Part shown: positions 12,872 to 24,253 of the stretch, one piece after another | Numbering within the stretch: the stretch's first letter is position 1 | Layout: the number at the start of each line of letters is the position of its first letter | Assembly: GCA_000146045.2 (NCBI GenBank) | Contig: BK006936.2 | Location: 608,001-672,000 of the forward strand | Direction of reading: 5' to 3' | DNA: 64,000 nt | DNA from: TPA_inf: Saccharomyces | Taxonomy: Eukaryota | Made by a program: the position numbers and the translations under genes | The notes under the pieces: model-generated | Databases searched by the model: none | What the model was told of the DNA's origin: nothing | Seen by the model: only the letters and a program-made list of their open reading frames with translations

Positions 12872-14527
12872 ATGCTGAAAAACTTCAAACTCTCAAAAAG
12901 AGATAGTAATGGGTCGAAGGGCAGAATTACATCCGCAGATATTTCCACACCTTCTCATGATAATGGGAGTGTTATAAAGCATATTAAGACAGTACCAGTG
13001 AGGTACCTTTCTTCATCTTCCACCCCAGTGAAAAGCCAACGGGACTCTTCACCAAAAAACAGACATAATTCTAAAGATATTACTTCTCCAGAGAAAGTTA
13101 TAAAAGCCAAATACAGTTATCAGGCACAAACTTCAAAGGAACTATCTTTCATGGAAGGTGAATTTTTTTATGTATCTGGAGATGAGAAGGATTGGTATAA
13201 AGCTTCAAATCCTTCTACTGGAAAAGAGGGTGTTGTCCCCAAAACCTATTTTGAAGTGTTTGATAGAACTAAACCTTCCTCTGTGAATGGATCCAATAGT
13301 TCAAGTCGGAAGGTTACAAATGATTCATTAAACATGGGATCGTTATACGCCATTGTTTTATATGACTTTAAGGCAGAAAAAGCTGATGAGTTGACAACTT
13401 ATGTGGGAGAGAATTTGTTTATTTGCGCCCACCATAACTGTGAATGGTTCATTGCTAAGCCAATTGGTCGACTTGGAGGGCCCGGCCTTGTTCCTGTTGG
13501 GTTTGTTAGCATCATAGATATTGCCACGGGGTACGCAACAGGTAACGACGTAATAGAAGACATCAAGTCAGTTAACCTACCAACTGTTCAAGAATGGAAA
13601 AGCAACATTGCAAGATACAAAGCTAGTAATATTAGCCTTGGTTCTGTGGAGCAGCAGCAGCAGCAATCCATTACAAAACCTCAGAACAAAAGCGCAAAGC
13701 TGGTTGACGGTGAATTATTAGTGAAAGCATCCGTTGAATCCTTTGGGTTAGAAGATGAGAAGTATTGGTTTTTGGTTTGCTGTGAATTATCTAACGGTAA
13801 GACGAGGCAACTGAAAAGATACTATCAAGATTTCTACGATCTGCAGGTTCAACTTTTGGATGCGTTCCCAGCAGAGGCCGGTAAGTTGAGGGATGCAGGT
13901 GGACAATGGTCCAAACGTATAATGCCCTATATCCCTGGACCCGTTCCATACGTTACCAATAGCATAACAAAAAAAAGAAAGGAGGACTTGAATATATATG
14001 TGGCAGACCTAGTGAATCTTCCCGATTATATATCTCGCTCAGAAATGGTGCATTCCTTATTCGTTGTTTTGAATAATGGTTTCGACAGAGAATTTGAAAG
14101 AGACGAAAATCAAAACAATATTAAAACATTACAAGAAAACGATACAGCAACCTTTGCAACAGCATCTCAAACTTCTAATTTTGCCTCAACTAACCAAGAC
14201 AACACTTTAACTGGCGAAGACTTGAAGTTAAACAAGAAACTCTCAGATTTATCTTTATCGGGCTCCAAGCAGGCTCCAGCCCAATCAACTTCTGGATTGA
14301 AAACTACTAAAATTAAATTTTATTACAAAGACGATATTTTTGCTTTAATGCTGAAGGGTGACACAACCTATAAAGAACTTCGTAGTAAAATCGCTCCAAG
14401 GATTGATACAGATAATTTTAAATTACAAACCAAATTATTTGATGGTAGCGGGGAGGAAATTAAGACTGATTCACAAGTCAGTAACATAATCCAAGCCAAA
14501 CTGAAAATTTCCGTTCACGATATTTGA
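12872..14527 (+). CDS. BEM1: Cell polarity scaffold Bem1 (551 aa): two SH3 domains, PX domain, C-terminal PB1
   Basis: The ORF is 551 aa. The SH3 motifs ([14 protein letters not shown]..., [21 protein letters not shown]), the PX region and the PB1 tail are recognisable. Confidence 0.92.
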
Positions 14528-15575
14528 ATCTAGTGTTAGAAGACGAAGCATTTTTCTTCTTTACTTGGCAGATGCACATAGGTTGAACATTTTAATCAAC
14601 TTTATGATGATTTGCGAGAGTAATAAGATTCTCCCGAACAGTAATAATATTAAGGTATCCAATTCTTCCGAAACAGCGTGATTTGTAATAAAAATAAATA
14701 AGGACATATATGTATATAGAAAGTTGCTTAAACTTTTTAGACCACTTGGAAATATTTTTTATTTATATTTTTCTTCAAATGTAAAGTTGGGTACCTAAGC
14801 TTAAATTCACCTGAAAATGAATTATATGAAAGATTTTACACCACATGTAAAAAAAAACGTACAAAAAGCCAAATATTTCCACTCAATCATAATGCATGAA
14901 TTATAGGTATTTTAAGTTATATTGCTGACGTAAAATTCAGAAGAGACTACAAGAAAAATTCTGAACATATTTATTCTTAAATATGCTTTTGTGCTTCCAT
15001 ATGTGTCAAAGGATAATGTGGCTCCCTTTCGATTTAATGAAGTGGCGTAGATTTCATTGTGGCGCTGTTCTTGTTGGAACACTGAGCTTACGTAACCGCA
15101 GCCCAAAGATACTTTCTCTTTATTTTATTAGCGATAGGACAGGCTAAAATGATAATCACTATTAATCAAGCAGAAAGTAATTGAAATTATTGTAAATCGA
15201 AATACCTGTAATGTAGCAAAACTTTTCGTGGTTGTTACAGCAACTTTTTATACTTAATATAGCAAGAGTATCCGTTTTTATAAGGCCTACACAACGGAAT
15301 CCTCTTGATTTCCTTTTTTCTTTGTAATTTACCGACGCACGAATACGCGCGCTGTCCTTTTTCAACCATCCATATAAACCATAAATGGCCCAAGATAGAT
15401 GTGAGTCCCTAAATTGAAATCAGTTGAAAAACAGAAGGTATAACAAAACAGATAGACACCTAATAAAGAACAAAATATTCCTATAGTTTTGCTGAACATA
15501 GTTTTTATTGAAAGTTTAGAAGAATTACAGCAGAGATTTCGTCACCAACAGAAGAAAAGCTAAAGCCCAAGCAAT

Positions 15576-16211
15576 ATGGATGCTGTAATACTGAATCTCT
15601 TAGGCGACATTCCTTTGGTCACAAGATTATGGACAATTGGCTGTCTTGTACTATCAGGTCTCACAAGTCTCCGGATTGTGGATCCAGGGAAGGTAGTGTA
15701 CAGTTATGATTTAGTATTCAAAAAGGGACAATATGGAAGACTACTTTATTCGATATTCGATTACGGCGCATTTAATTGGATATCCATGATAAACATCTTT
15801 GTCAGCGCTAATCACTTATCAACTTTGGAAAACTCATTCAATCTGAGAAGAAAATTCTGTTGGATAATATTTTTACTGTTGGTGATACTGGTAAAGATGA
15901 CCAGCATTGAACAACCTGCAGCATCACTCGGTGTGTTATTGCATGAGAATCTCGTGTACTACGAACTGAAAAAGAACGGAAACCAAATGAACGTACGATT
16001 CTTCGGTGCCATTGATGTTTCACCATCTATATTCCCAATCTACATGAATGCAGTAATGTATTTTGTATATAAGCGTAGCTGGTTAGAAATTGCCATGAAT
16101 TTCATGCCAGGTCACGTAATTTACTACATGGATGATATAATAGGGAAGATTTATGGCATCGATTTGTGTAAATCTCCGTACGACTGGTTCCGCAACACTG
16201 AAACACCCTAA
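15576..16211 (+). CDS. DER1: Derlin, ER-associated degradation membrane protein (211 aa)
   Basis: This 211-aa multi-TM protein starts MDAVILNLLGDIPLVTRLWTIGCLVLS. Position and length fit YBR201W. Confidence 0.88.
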   Translation: MDAVILNLLGDIPLVTRLWTIGCLVLSGLTSLRIVDPGKVVYSYDLVFKKGQYGRLLYSIFDYGAFNWISMINIFVSANHLSTLENSFNLRRKFCWIIFLLLVILVKMTSIEQPAASLGVLLHENLVYYELKKNGNQMNVRFFGAIDVSPSIFPIYMNAVMYFVYKRSWLEIAMNFMPGHVIYYMDDIIGKIYGIDLCKSPYDWFRNTETP

Positions 16212-16492
16212 AGGAAAGGCCGTTTTTATTTACCAAAAACCAATAACAAAAGTGAACGCTTGATAAACAAACATACTTAGCATAAATAACTACATATAAA
16301 ATAGGCCAAGGATAAATGAAACGTTGACTAGAATGAATGAAAGATGTGAAAACAGTACAGTTAAAACTGCAATCCCACAAACTAAAAATAATATGAAGAA
16401 CCTGTCTCAAATGTATAAATGCAGAATAAATAAGTAGCCGAAAAAGTCTCGGTAATTTTCTCCCTAATGATAACCCATATTTTCGAAAGACT

Positions 16493-16696
16493 CTAAAACC
16501 TGGTGTATGATCGTTGAGAACAAAATTCGTCCTTGTAGTAGTGTGTGTCTTTAGAAGCCATTCGGGCCGGTAGAAGGAAAGGTGTTGTTAGTCCCAGAGT
16601 GATGTAAGCAACATAAAACAACGTCGTCAGCTTTTTACTGGGAGCACTTGCCTTGTATGATTTAGAAACTTGTGAAAATGATTTCATGGCCAGCAT
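16493..16696 (-). CDS. Candidate 67-aa small protein with one predicted TM helix (possibly YBR201C-A)
   Basis: The ORF starts at an ATG and contains the hydrophobic segment LTTLFYVAYITLGLTTPFLLPA. It lies in the DER1-MCM7 intergenic region, and I recall a 67-aa annotated ORF of this name here. No homology check was possible. Confidence 0.3.
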   Translation of the reverse strand: MLAMKSFSQVSKSYKASAPSKKLTTLFYVAYITLGLTTPFLLPARMASKDTHYYKDEFCSQRSYTRF

Positions 16697-17541
16697 TGTT
16701 AGTCCTCGATCTTTTGTGATATTTCCTATATATTACAAAAAAATTCTTGGTTTTCGCCTTGTCACAGGGAATAAATGTGGAATATAAAAGAGAGGAGAGG
16801 AGAGGAAAGAAGAAAAAAAACTTGGTGTCCGTTTGCAGATGGCCTATTATATACCCTGCTTATATAACTCTGAGAATTAGGAATATTTTGCTGTTGCTAT
16901 GGTAATTAACATATTTCCAACAATAATGACCTTCTCGAGCTATTGTCTTCCTTGCAGTGGCGAAGAAACCACCGGAGAGTTGCAACGAACTGCCTTTCTT
17001 AGGAAGTGCGCGGGCTCTCTATTATGATAGGCCGATACGGTACAAAAGCTTAAAGTTGCCTTTGTATTACCTTTTTTAATCGCAGCAAACAATGCGAAGC
17101 ACAGGTGTTCACTTTCCTTAGCTTCCCCTTTTCCGTGCTTTTGTTTATACTTCGTACAAAAATGAGGGGAAGGTACCAGGCAGGATACCTCACTGATTAC
17201 GACGACAAGGAAAAGAGTAAAAATAATTTACTGTAAAACTTCCAAATTTGTCTGAGAGCAACAGAATAGAAGCACAAAGAAATGTACCCTACGAGAGACA
17301 GAGAGGGTAAAAGAGTAAGTAAATTCTAAAGTGGTGTGAATGTCATAACTTAAACTATTACCCACGGGATACCTGCTAGGTCAACGTAGCCGCTACTCGA
17401 ATATAATAAGCGCTTCTTGTATATTTTCTCAATAACAGGTCGAGGCCCCTTCTACCCTTGAATGCTACTTATTACTCACTCATAATACATTGTATAAGCC
17501 TTCGCGTTTTTCACGGCCTCGAAAAAATTTTTCTTAACTAA

Positions 17542-17575
17542 TTTACCCAGAAAGGAAATTTCCTTATAAGGAAAA
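17542..17575 (+). promoter_or_regulatory. Tandem Mcm1-binding early cell cycle boxes (ECB): TTTACCCAGAAAGGAAA and TTTCCTTATAAGGAAA
   Basis: There are two adjacent CC(A/T)6GG cores (17546-17555 and 17562-17571), each flanked by TTT and GGAAA. They lie about 200 bp upstream of the MCM7 ATG. ECBs are known in MCM gene promoters. Confidence 0.55.
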
Positions 17576-17771
17576 TAAATGCAATTCATTAAGTCGGTTT
17601 GCTTCTTTTTTCACGAAAGTGAGATACAAGCAAAGGACCAGAGCGAGATGTACTACAGTAGCAGGCTACATACACGTCTTTACCAATAACTTACATTTAG
17701 AAAGGCAATATAATCACTACCTAGATTAGCTTGAATCTTGCAGGAAGAACTCAATACAGATAGACCAGATT

Positions 17772-20309
17772 ATGAGTGCGGCACTTCCATCAATTCAGCT
17801 TCCTGTCGACTATAATAATCTTTTTAATGAAATCACCGATTTTTTGGTGACTTTCAAGCAGGATACGTTGTCTTCTGATGCAACACGAAATGAGAACGAA
17901 GATGAAAATTTGGATGCTGAGAATATCGAACAACATCTATTGGAAAAGGGGCCCAAGTACATGGCGATGCTACAGAAAGTGGCTAATAGGGAACTGAATT
18001 CCGTGATTATTGATTTAGATGACATTCTACAGTATCAAAACGAAAAGTTTCTCCAGGGCACACAGGCAGACGACCTTGTGTCTGCCATTCAACAAAACGC
18101 TAATCACTTCACTGAATTATTTTGCCGTGCCATTGACAACAACATGCCGCTACCAACAAAAGAAATTGACTACAAGGACGACGTTCTTGATGTTATTTTA
18201 AACCAAAGGAGACTGAGGAATGAGAGAATGCTCTCGGACAGGACCAATGAGATCCGAAGCGAAAACCTCATGGATACCACGATGGATCCACCCTCTTCCA
18301 TGAATGATGCGTTAAGAGAAGTTGTCGAGGATGAAACTGAGTTATTTCCTCCTAATTTAACTAGACGCTATTTCCTTTATTTTAAGCCTCTATCGCAAAA
18401 TTGTGCTCGTCGTTACAGGAAGAAAGCAATTAGTTCTAAACCATTATCTGTTAGGCAGATTAAAGGTGACTTCCTAGGCCAATTGATTACCGTCAGAGGT
18501 ATTATCACCAGAGTTTCTGATGTCAAACCAGCTGTGGAAGTTATCGCATATACCTGCGATCAATGTGGGTACGAAGTTTTCCAAGAGGTCAACTCTCGTA
18601 CTTTTACTCCGTTGTCAGAATGTACTTCCGAAGAATGTTCCCAAAATCAAACAAAGGGTCAATTGTTTATGAGTACACGAGCTTCCAAATTTAGTGCCTT
18701 TCAGGAATGTAAAATTCAGGAGTTATCACAACAAGTGCCAGTGGGTCATATTCCTAGGTCGCTAAATATCCACGTTAACGGGACGCTGGTAAGATCTTTA
18801 TCGCCTGGTGATATCGTCGATGTAACTGGTATATTCTTGCCAGCGCCCTACACCGGTTTCAAAGCTTTGAAAGCTGGCTTACTGACAGAAACTTATTTAG
18901 AGGCACAGTTTGTCCGTCAACACAAGAAGAAATTTGCGTCTTTCAGTCTGACTTCTGATGTAGAAGAGAGAGTTATGGAATTAATCACCTCTGGTGATGT
19001 TTATAATAGGCTGGCAAAATCTATTGCACCGGAAATCTACGGTAACTTGGACGTAAAGAAAGCGTTGCTGCTATTACTTGTCGGAGGTGTTGATAAAAGG
19101 GTAGGTGACGGTATGAAAATCAGAGGTGATATCAATGTTTGTCTGATGGGTGATCCCGGTGTTGCCAAATCTCAACTGCTGAAGGCCATTTGCAAAATAT
19201 CACCTCGAGGAGTGTATACCACTGGTAAGGGTTCCTCAGGCGTTGGTCTGACCGCTGCCGTCATGAAAGATCCTGTCACGGATGAAATGATTCTAGAAGG
19301 TGGTGCCTTAGTACTCGCTGATAACGGTATTTGTTGTATCGATGAATTTGATAAGATGGATGAAAGTGACAGAACGGCAATCCATGAAGTTATGGAACAA
19401 CAAACAATTTCGATATCCAAGGCGGGTATCAATACAACTTTGAACGCCAGAACCTCAATCTTAGCGGCAGCAAATCCGTTGTATGGTAGATATAATCCTA
19501 GATTATCACCTCTGGACAATATAAATCTACCAGCTGCTTTACTATCCAGATTTGATATTCTCTTCTTAATGTTAGATATACCAAGTAGAGATGACGACGA
19601 AAAATTAGCCGAGCACGTTACATATGTGCATATGCATAATAAACAACCGGATTTGGACTTCACTCCAGTAGAACCCTCTAAAATGAGAGAGTACATTGCC
19701 TATGCTAAGACAAAGAGGCCAGTGATGAGTGAAGCTGTAAACGATTATGTGGTGCAAGCTTACATCAGATTAAGACAAGACTCCAAGAGAGAAATGGATT
19801 CCAAATTTTCCTTTGGTCAAGCCACTCCGAGAACTTTACTAGGTATTATAAGATTATCTCAAGCGCTAGCAAAGTTAAGGTTGGCTGATATGGTGGATAT
19901 AGATGATGTGGAGGAAGCCTTGAGGTTGGTCCGAGTCTCCAAGGAATCATTGTATCAAGAAACCAACAAATCTAAAGAAGATGAAAGCCCCACAACGAAA
20001 ATCTTTACGATCATCAAGAAAATGTTACAAGAAACTGGTAAAAACACGCTATCATATGAAAATATTGTGAAAACTGTAAGACTAAGAGGGTTTACCATGC
20101 TACAATTAAGCAACTGTATCCAAGAATATTCTTACTTAAACGTCTGGCATTTAATTAATGAGGGTAACACTTTGAAATTCGTGGATGACGGTACCATGGA
20201 CACAGACCAGGAAGACTCACTAGTGAGCACGCCTAAACTCGCACCACAAACGACCGCTTCCGCTAATGTGAGCGCCCAAGATTCTGATATCGATCTACAA
20301 GACGCTTGA
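17772..20309 (+). CDS. MCM7: MCM2-7 helicase subunit Mcm7/Cdc47 (845 aa)
   Basis: The ORF is 845 aa. It has a C4 zinc finger (CDQCGY...CTSEEC), Walker A GDPGVAKSQ, Walker B CCIDEFDKM, the arginine-finger SRFD and the MCM box. Confidence 0.95.
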   Translation: MSAALPSIQLPVDYNNLFNEITDFLVTFKQDTLSSDATRNENEDENLDAENIEQHLLEKGPKYMAMLQKVANRELNSVIIDLDDILQYQNEKFLQGTQADDLVSAIQQNANHFTELFCRAIDNNMPLPTKEIDYKDDVLDVILNQRRLRNERMLSDRTNEIRSENLMDTTMDPPSSMNDALREVVEDETELFPPNLTRRYFLYFKPLSQNCARRYRKKAISSKPLSVRQIKGDFLGQLITVRGIITRVSDVKPAVEVIAYTCDQCGYEVFQEVNSRTFTPLSECTSEECSQNQTKGQLFMSTRASKFSAFQECKIQELSQQVPVGHIPRSLNIHVNGTLVRSLSPGDIVDVTGIFLPAPYTGFKALKAGLLTETYLEAQFVRQHKKKFASFSLTSDVEERVMELITSGDVYNRLAKSIAPEIYGNLDVKKALLLLLVGGVDKRVGDGMKIRGDINVCLMGDPGVAKSQLLKAICKISPRGVYTTGKGSSGVGLTAAVMKDPVTDEMILEGGALVLADNGICCIDEFDKMDESDRTAIHEVMEQQTISISKAGINTTLNARTSILAAANPLYGRYNPRLSPLDNINLPAALLSRFDILFLMLDIPSRDDDEKLAEHVTYVHMHNKQPDLDFTPVEPSKMREYIAYAKTKRPVMSEAVNDYVVQAYIRLRQDSKREMDSKFSFGQATPRTLLGIIRLSQALAKLRLADMVDIDDVEEALRLVRVSKESLYQETNKSKEDESPTTKIFTIIKKMLQETGKNTLSYENIVKTVRLRGFTMLQLSNCIQEYSYLNVWHLINEGNTLKFVDDGTMDTDQEDSLVSTPKLAPQTTASANVSAQDSDIDLQDA

Positions 20310-20890
20310 AAGTTCTAAAAAAAAAAGCAACAGGGCCTTCATTCTTTATTCTTTTTCCCCCTTTTTTTCATTTCCATATAGCTGCACATTCAAATTTACC
20401 TTCTGTAACTTACTTCCAAGGCCCAGTTTTCAAGATATGTATTCTGTATTATTATAATTTTACTAATATTATTCATCGCTTTTGCCAGCCACAGACCCCA
20501 CACATTTCGGACTTAACATTATGACTGCGCATGTCCGTGCACCGCGGCCCAATTCTTGTTTTTTTTTTTTTGCGGAGAAAGGAAAATTATCTTCAAGCGG
20601 AATAGGGCCAGCTAGTATTGCTCAGATGTGCCTGTGGAGAGCCGTGCTACAGGGTACCGTCAGCCCCTGAGTATACCAGAGAGTACACCGTGCGGAGTTC
20701 TTCCAGAAAATGAAAAGATTGTTCTCAGAATAATTCGTAGCGCTTGATAATAATCCGAATTTGAGATACCTGCCGGCACCCATTCTGTTATCGCCAAGAG
20801 GACTTTTAGGGGACCCGCAGACAGTAAAATTTTTTTCATTCATTAACATGTGAAGGCAACATTCATCGATCTCCATCCCTACTGTCAAAA

Positions 20891-20937
20891 ATATAAGTAT
20901 ATATATATATATATTTATATAGTCTATATATATATAG
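20891..20937. repeat. (TA)n-rich microsatellite in the MCM7-COS111 intergenic region
   Basis: Read directly: atatatatatatatatttatatagtctatatatatatag. Confidence 0.8.
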
Positions 20938-21167
20938 TCCCACTCTCAAACTAATATAACCTTTACAAACCTGTCCGCTCAGTACGGTAGTCCTATTTTA
21001 TTCCGTTTACTAGATTATATTTGAAGATATTTTTTTATTCTTGAAAATCCCGGACGATAGTATTTTTAGCTGAAGAATATTTGCGGGGAGGAACTATATA
21101 GACACTCGAAGCAAGAGGGGAAAAGGAGAAAGAAAAAAAGGTACACTAAACAAGGTCGAGTGTATTG

Positions 21168-23942
21168 ATGTCAAGTGCTTCAAGACTTCAAAACGTCAAT
21201 ATTGTTTCTAACAACTATTCTCGTTACGGAACTTCCGTTTACGATAAGTTGTATCATAGTAACGGCAGTGGTAGCAATAATGCTGGTAAGAATTCTACCA
21301 CAGTTGGTAAACTGTCATCTATCTCACAAAAGTCCAGGAGCAAACAGCGTCATGGCTCAAATTGCTCCAGATCAATGAGTCAATCACCCTTATCGACGTT
21401 CAAATCTCCACTCAGCAATCAAAATCAATCCAGCGCTCCTGATGATTTGGCTTCCATAGGTCAGAGACGCAGTGACGACGTCACATCTTTAGATAATGAA
21501 ACTATCATAACGATGAATTCAAGGAAATCAAGGATTAAAAAAAAGTATAAATCCTTAATCTCCACCTCTTCAAAAAAATTTATGAATAAATTGTACGATC
21601 ATGGTGCTTCATCCGACTCATTTTCTATATTTTCTCTGAAGACTTCCCATTCTGGTAAACATGAAAATTCCAGATTTGAAAAGCTGAGGAAGAGAAAATA
21701 CCATGCTTGGGGCAAATTTGCCGATATCAACGATTTACCAGTTGAAATAATTGCCAAAATACTTTCTGAATTCGAGTTAGGTCGTGATCAAAAGACACTC
21801 GTAAGATGTCTATACGTATCGAAGAAGTTTTATAAGGCGACAAAGATCGTCCTTTATAGGCTACCTTACTTCACTTCCACTTACAGAGTGGCGCAGTTTG
21901 TCACCTCACTAAGATTACATCCGGATAACGGGGCATACGTGAAAGTATTGGACCTATCACACTTGAAGCCGGGAATTATAGGCCAAGACTCGAAGGATTC
22001 TCAAGGCCTAGACGATGATGGCCACTCAAGGCGTCACAGACGCCGTCGCCGCAGATCTACTAACACAAGTTTGAATCTACCTCCAGCTACTCCAACATCT
22101 ACCATTTCTAACGAGGATGATGCCAATAGCGGATTAATCAAAGACGACGCTTCAAATGGCAGTGAAGTTGAAGACTTGGCATTAGCTGGTTGGAGAGACT
22201 GGAGATACAGAAATGAACCCCTTTATAGCTCTCCTCTGTTGAACAGCTTTAAACTGAAAAAAGTGGTTTCTCGTTCTTCTTCTATCACTTCTACATCTTC
22301 TGGAAATTCCACCGGTGTTCACTCTACAAGGAGACAACGTTCCAATAGTTCCGTTGCTTCCATAACGACGAGTATCATGTCATCCATCTATAACACCTCC
22401 CATGTCTCATTGTCTTCAACCACGTCTAATACCAGCAATGGTAACATCTCTTCTGGTAGTAATCTGTCAAGAGTTTCCACTGCTGGATCATTGAAAAAAG
22501 CTTCTGCGAAGTCCACAAGGTCATCTCCTCAGAAAGCAAAACCTATATCTGACATTACGTCATCTTCCTGGTTTAGAATGAGGTTAAGTTCAAGAAATAG
22601 AAAGGCAAGGACAGCTAATACGATTAATTTAAAGAACTCGAAGGATAAGTCTGACGATGACTTTAAAGTTTTAAAGCACGATTCGGGGCATCCATCCAAT
22701 TATCGTTCTTCGACATTAAAATTTAGCATTGAACAACCATTTAGTACGCATCATCCGTATGCCAACAAATTTCTTTTAAAGTACGCTCCTTATAAAGATC
22801 TGCCCCTAGGTTATATTTTACATATGCTGAACCTGTGTCCTAACCTTGTTGAACTAAACCTTTCCAATTTAGTTATTTGTACCGATTTCAAATTAATCAA
22901 CCAAAGATCCGAAAGAAGAAGGATGACATCTTCACTGTTGCCCGCTGTCCAGGAGTCTAGTGTTTCTGCAGGCCCTGAGAAAGATTTAGAAATTGTCTAT
23001 ATGACCGATTCTGGCAAAGGTTATGAATATTATGAGGGGTTAAGCAAGAAACACTCACGTTCTTCAAGCCTAGGTACCAATCCATCTAGTTGGATTGGAG
23101 GTCAGGCGAATTGGACAGATTACCCACCTCCAATCGATGCACAAACGAAAACAAGAGAGGAACACAGACGCAACAATACCTTGAACAATAAGAACGTCGT
23201 ATTAAAGAAGCTAAACCCTTTTGAAATTTTTGAAATGATCTGCAATAGAAATGAAGAAAAAGGTGGCTACTGCTCCTTAACTAAGGTGAAAATGAATGAC
23301 ATTGTGTGGTGCAGGCAATATATGGTAAAGTATTTTGTAATGAGGACGTTTCGCCAGCATTTGGATTATAAATCCATGGAAAACAACTCTTATGAAAGAC
23401 ACTTATTCAGTTTCCGGGACTCTGGCTTGGATAGAAATTTTTCCTGGGCTTGTAATGCCAAATTGCATGAATTTGTCGCATTGATGGTTATGGATCATCT
23501 TTCAAATTTAGATGATTTAGGATTAGAAGAGCTTTTTAATATCAAGTCCGAAAAGCTATATATAAAAAACTATTGTTGCCGAGACCCGGATATTCTCGAA
23601 ATATCAAACTTATTTGATATTAGATATGGGGCCGGATCTGAGGCTGATGCTACTTCTGATTCCAATCTCGAAGCAGAATCTTTACAATTCAGGTTGACAA
23701 TATTAAAAACAGAAAAGCCAACTTCATTTTGGCTCACAAAAGTTTCCAAAGATTATGTTTCTTTAGTGGTTAAATTATGTGTGGATGATGACATTGATAT
23801 GGACAAAATGAAAGTTGGAAAACCAACTTTGAGAATAGACAGTATTACACACAATTTGATTAGTAGGTTAAAGGAGTTGAGGAGAGTTGATCTAAGGAGA
23901 AATGTTGGCGAAAATAACTACTATGCTGAAAGCATCATATAA
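21168..23942 (+). CDS. COS111: Ser-rich protein of 924 aa (YBR203W, ciclopirox olamine sensitivity)
   Basis: The track ORF begins at a TTG at 21165. The first ATG at 21168 gives 924 aa ([10 protein letters not shown]...). It carries an extreme basic tract [10 protein letters not shown] and long S/T-rich regions. Confidence 0.8.
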
Positions 23943-24253
23943 CGACTGCTCTCTTTTAACAGCATACGTTCTGTTAATTTATTTGGCCAAATATTATTGA
24001 TGTTTATTTTTTTCTTTTTTGCATAGCCTTTCTACATTTCATGGCTTTATTTATTTATATTTATTTTTCGTTTCCTATTTTTTTGCATACATAGACACTA
24101 CCTTTGATTTTTGCTTGTAAGATGTACGATATAAAGTATACTATGAAAAATTTGAAAATATTGGTCTTAGTTACTTTTTCTGGTTTGTTTTATCAATTCA
24201 TGTAGCAGTGTGCACGAAAATCTAGTTACGCAATGTGAAATCTAGAAAACCTT

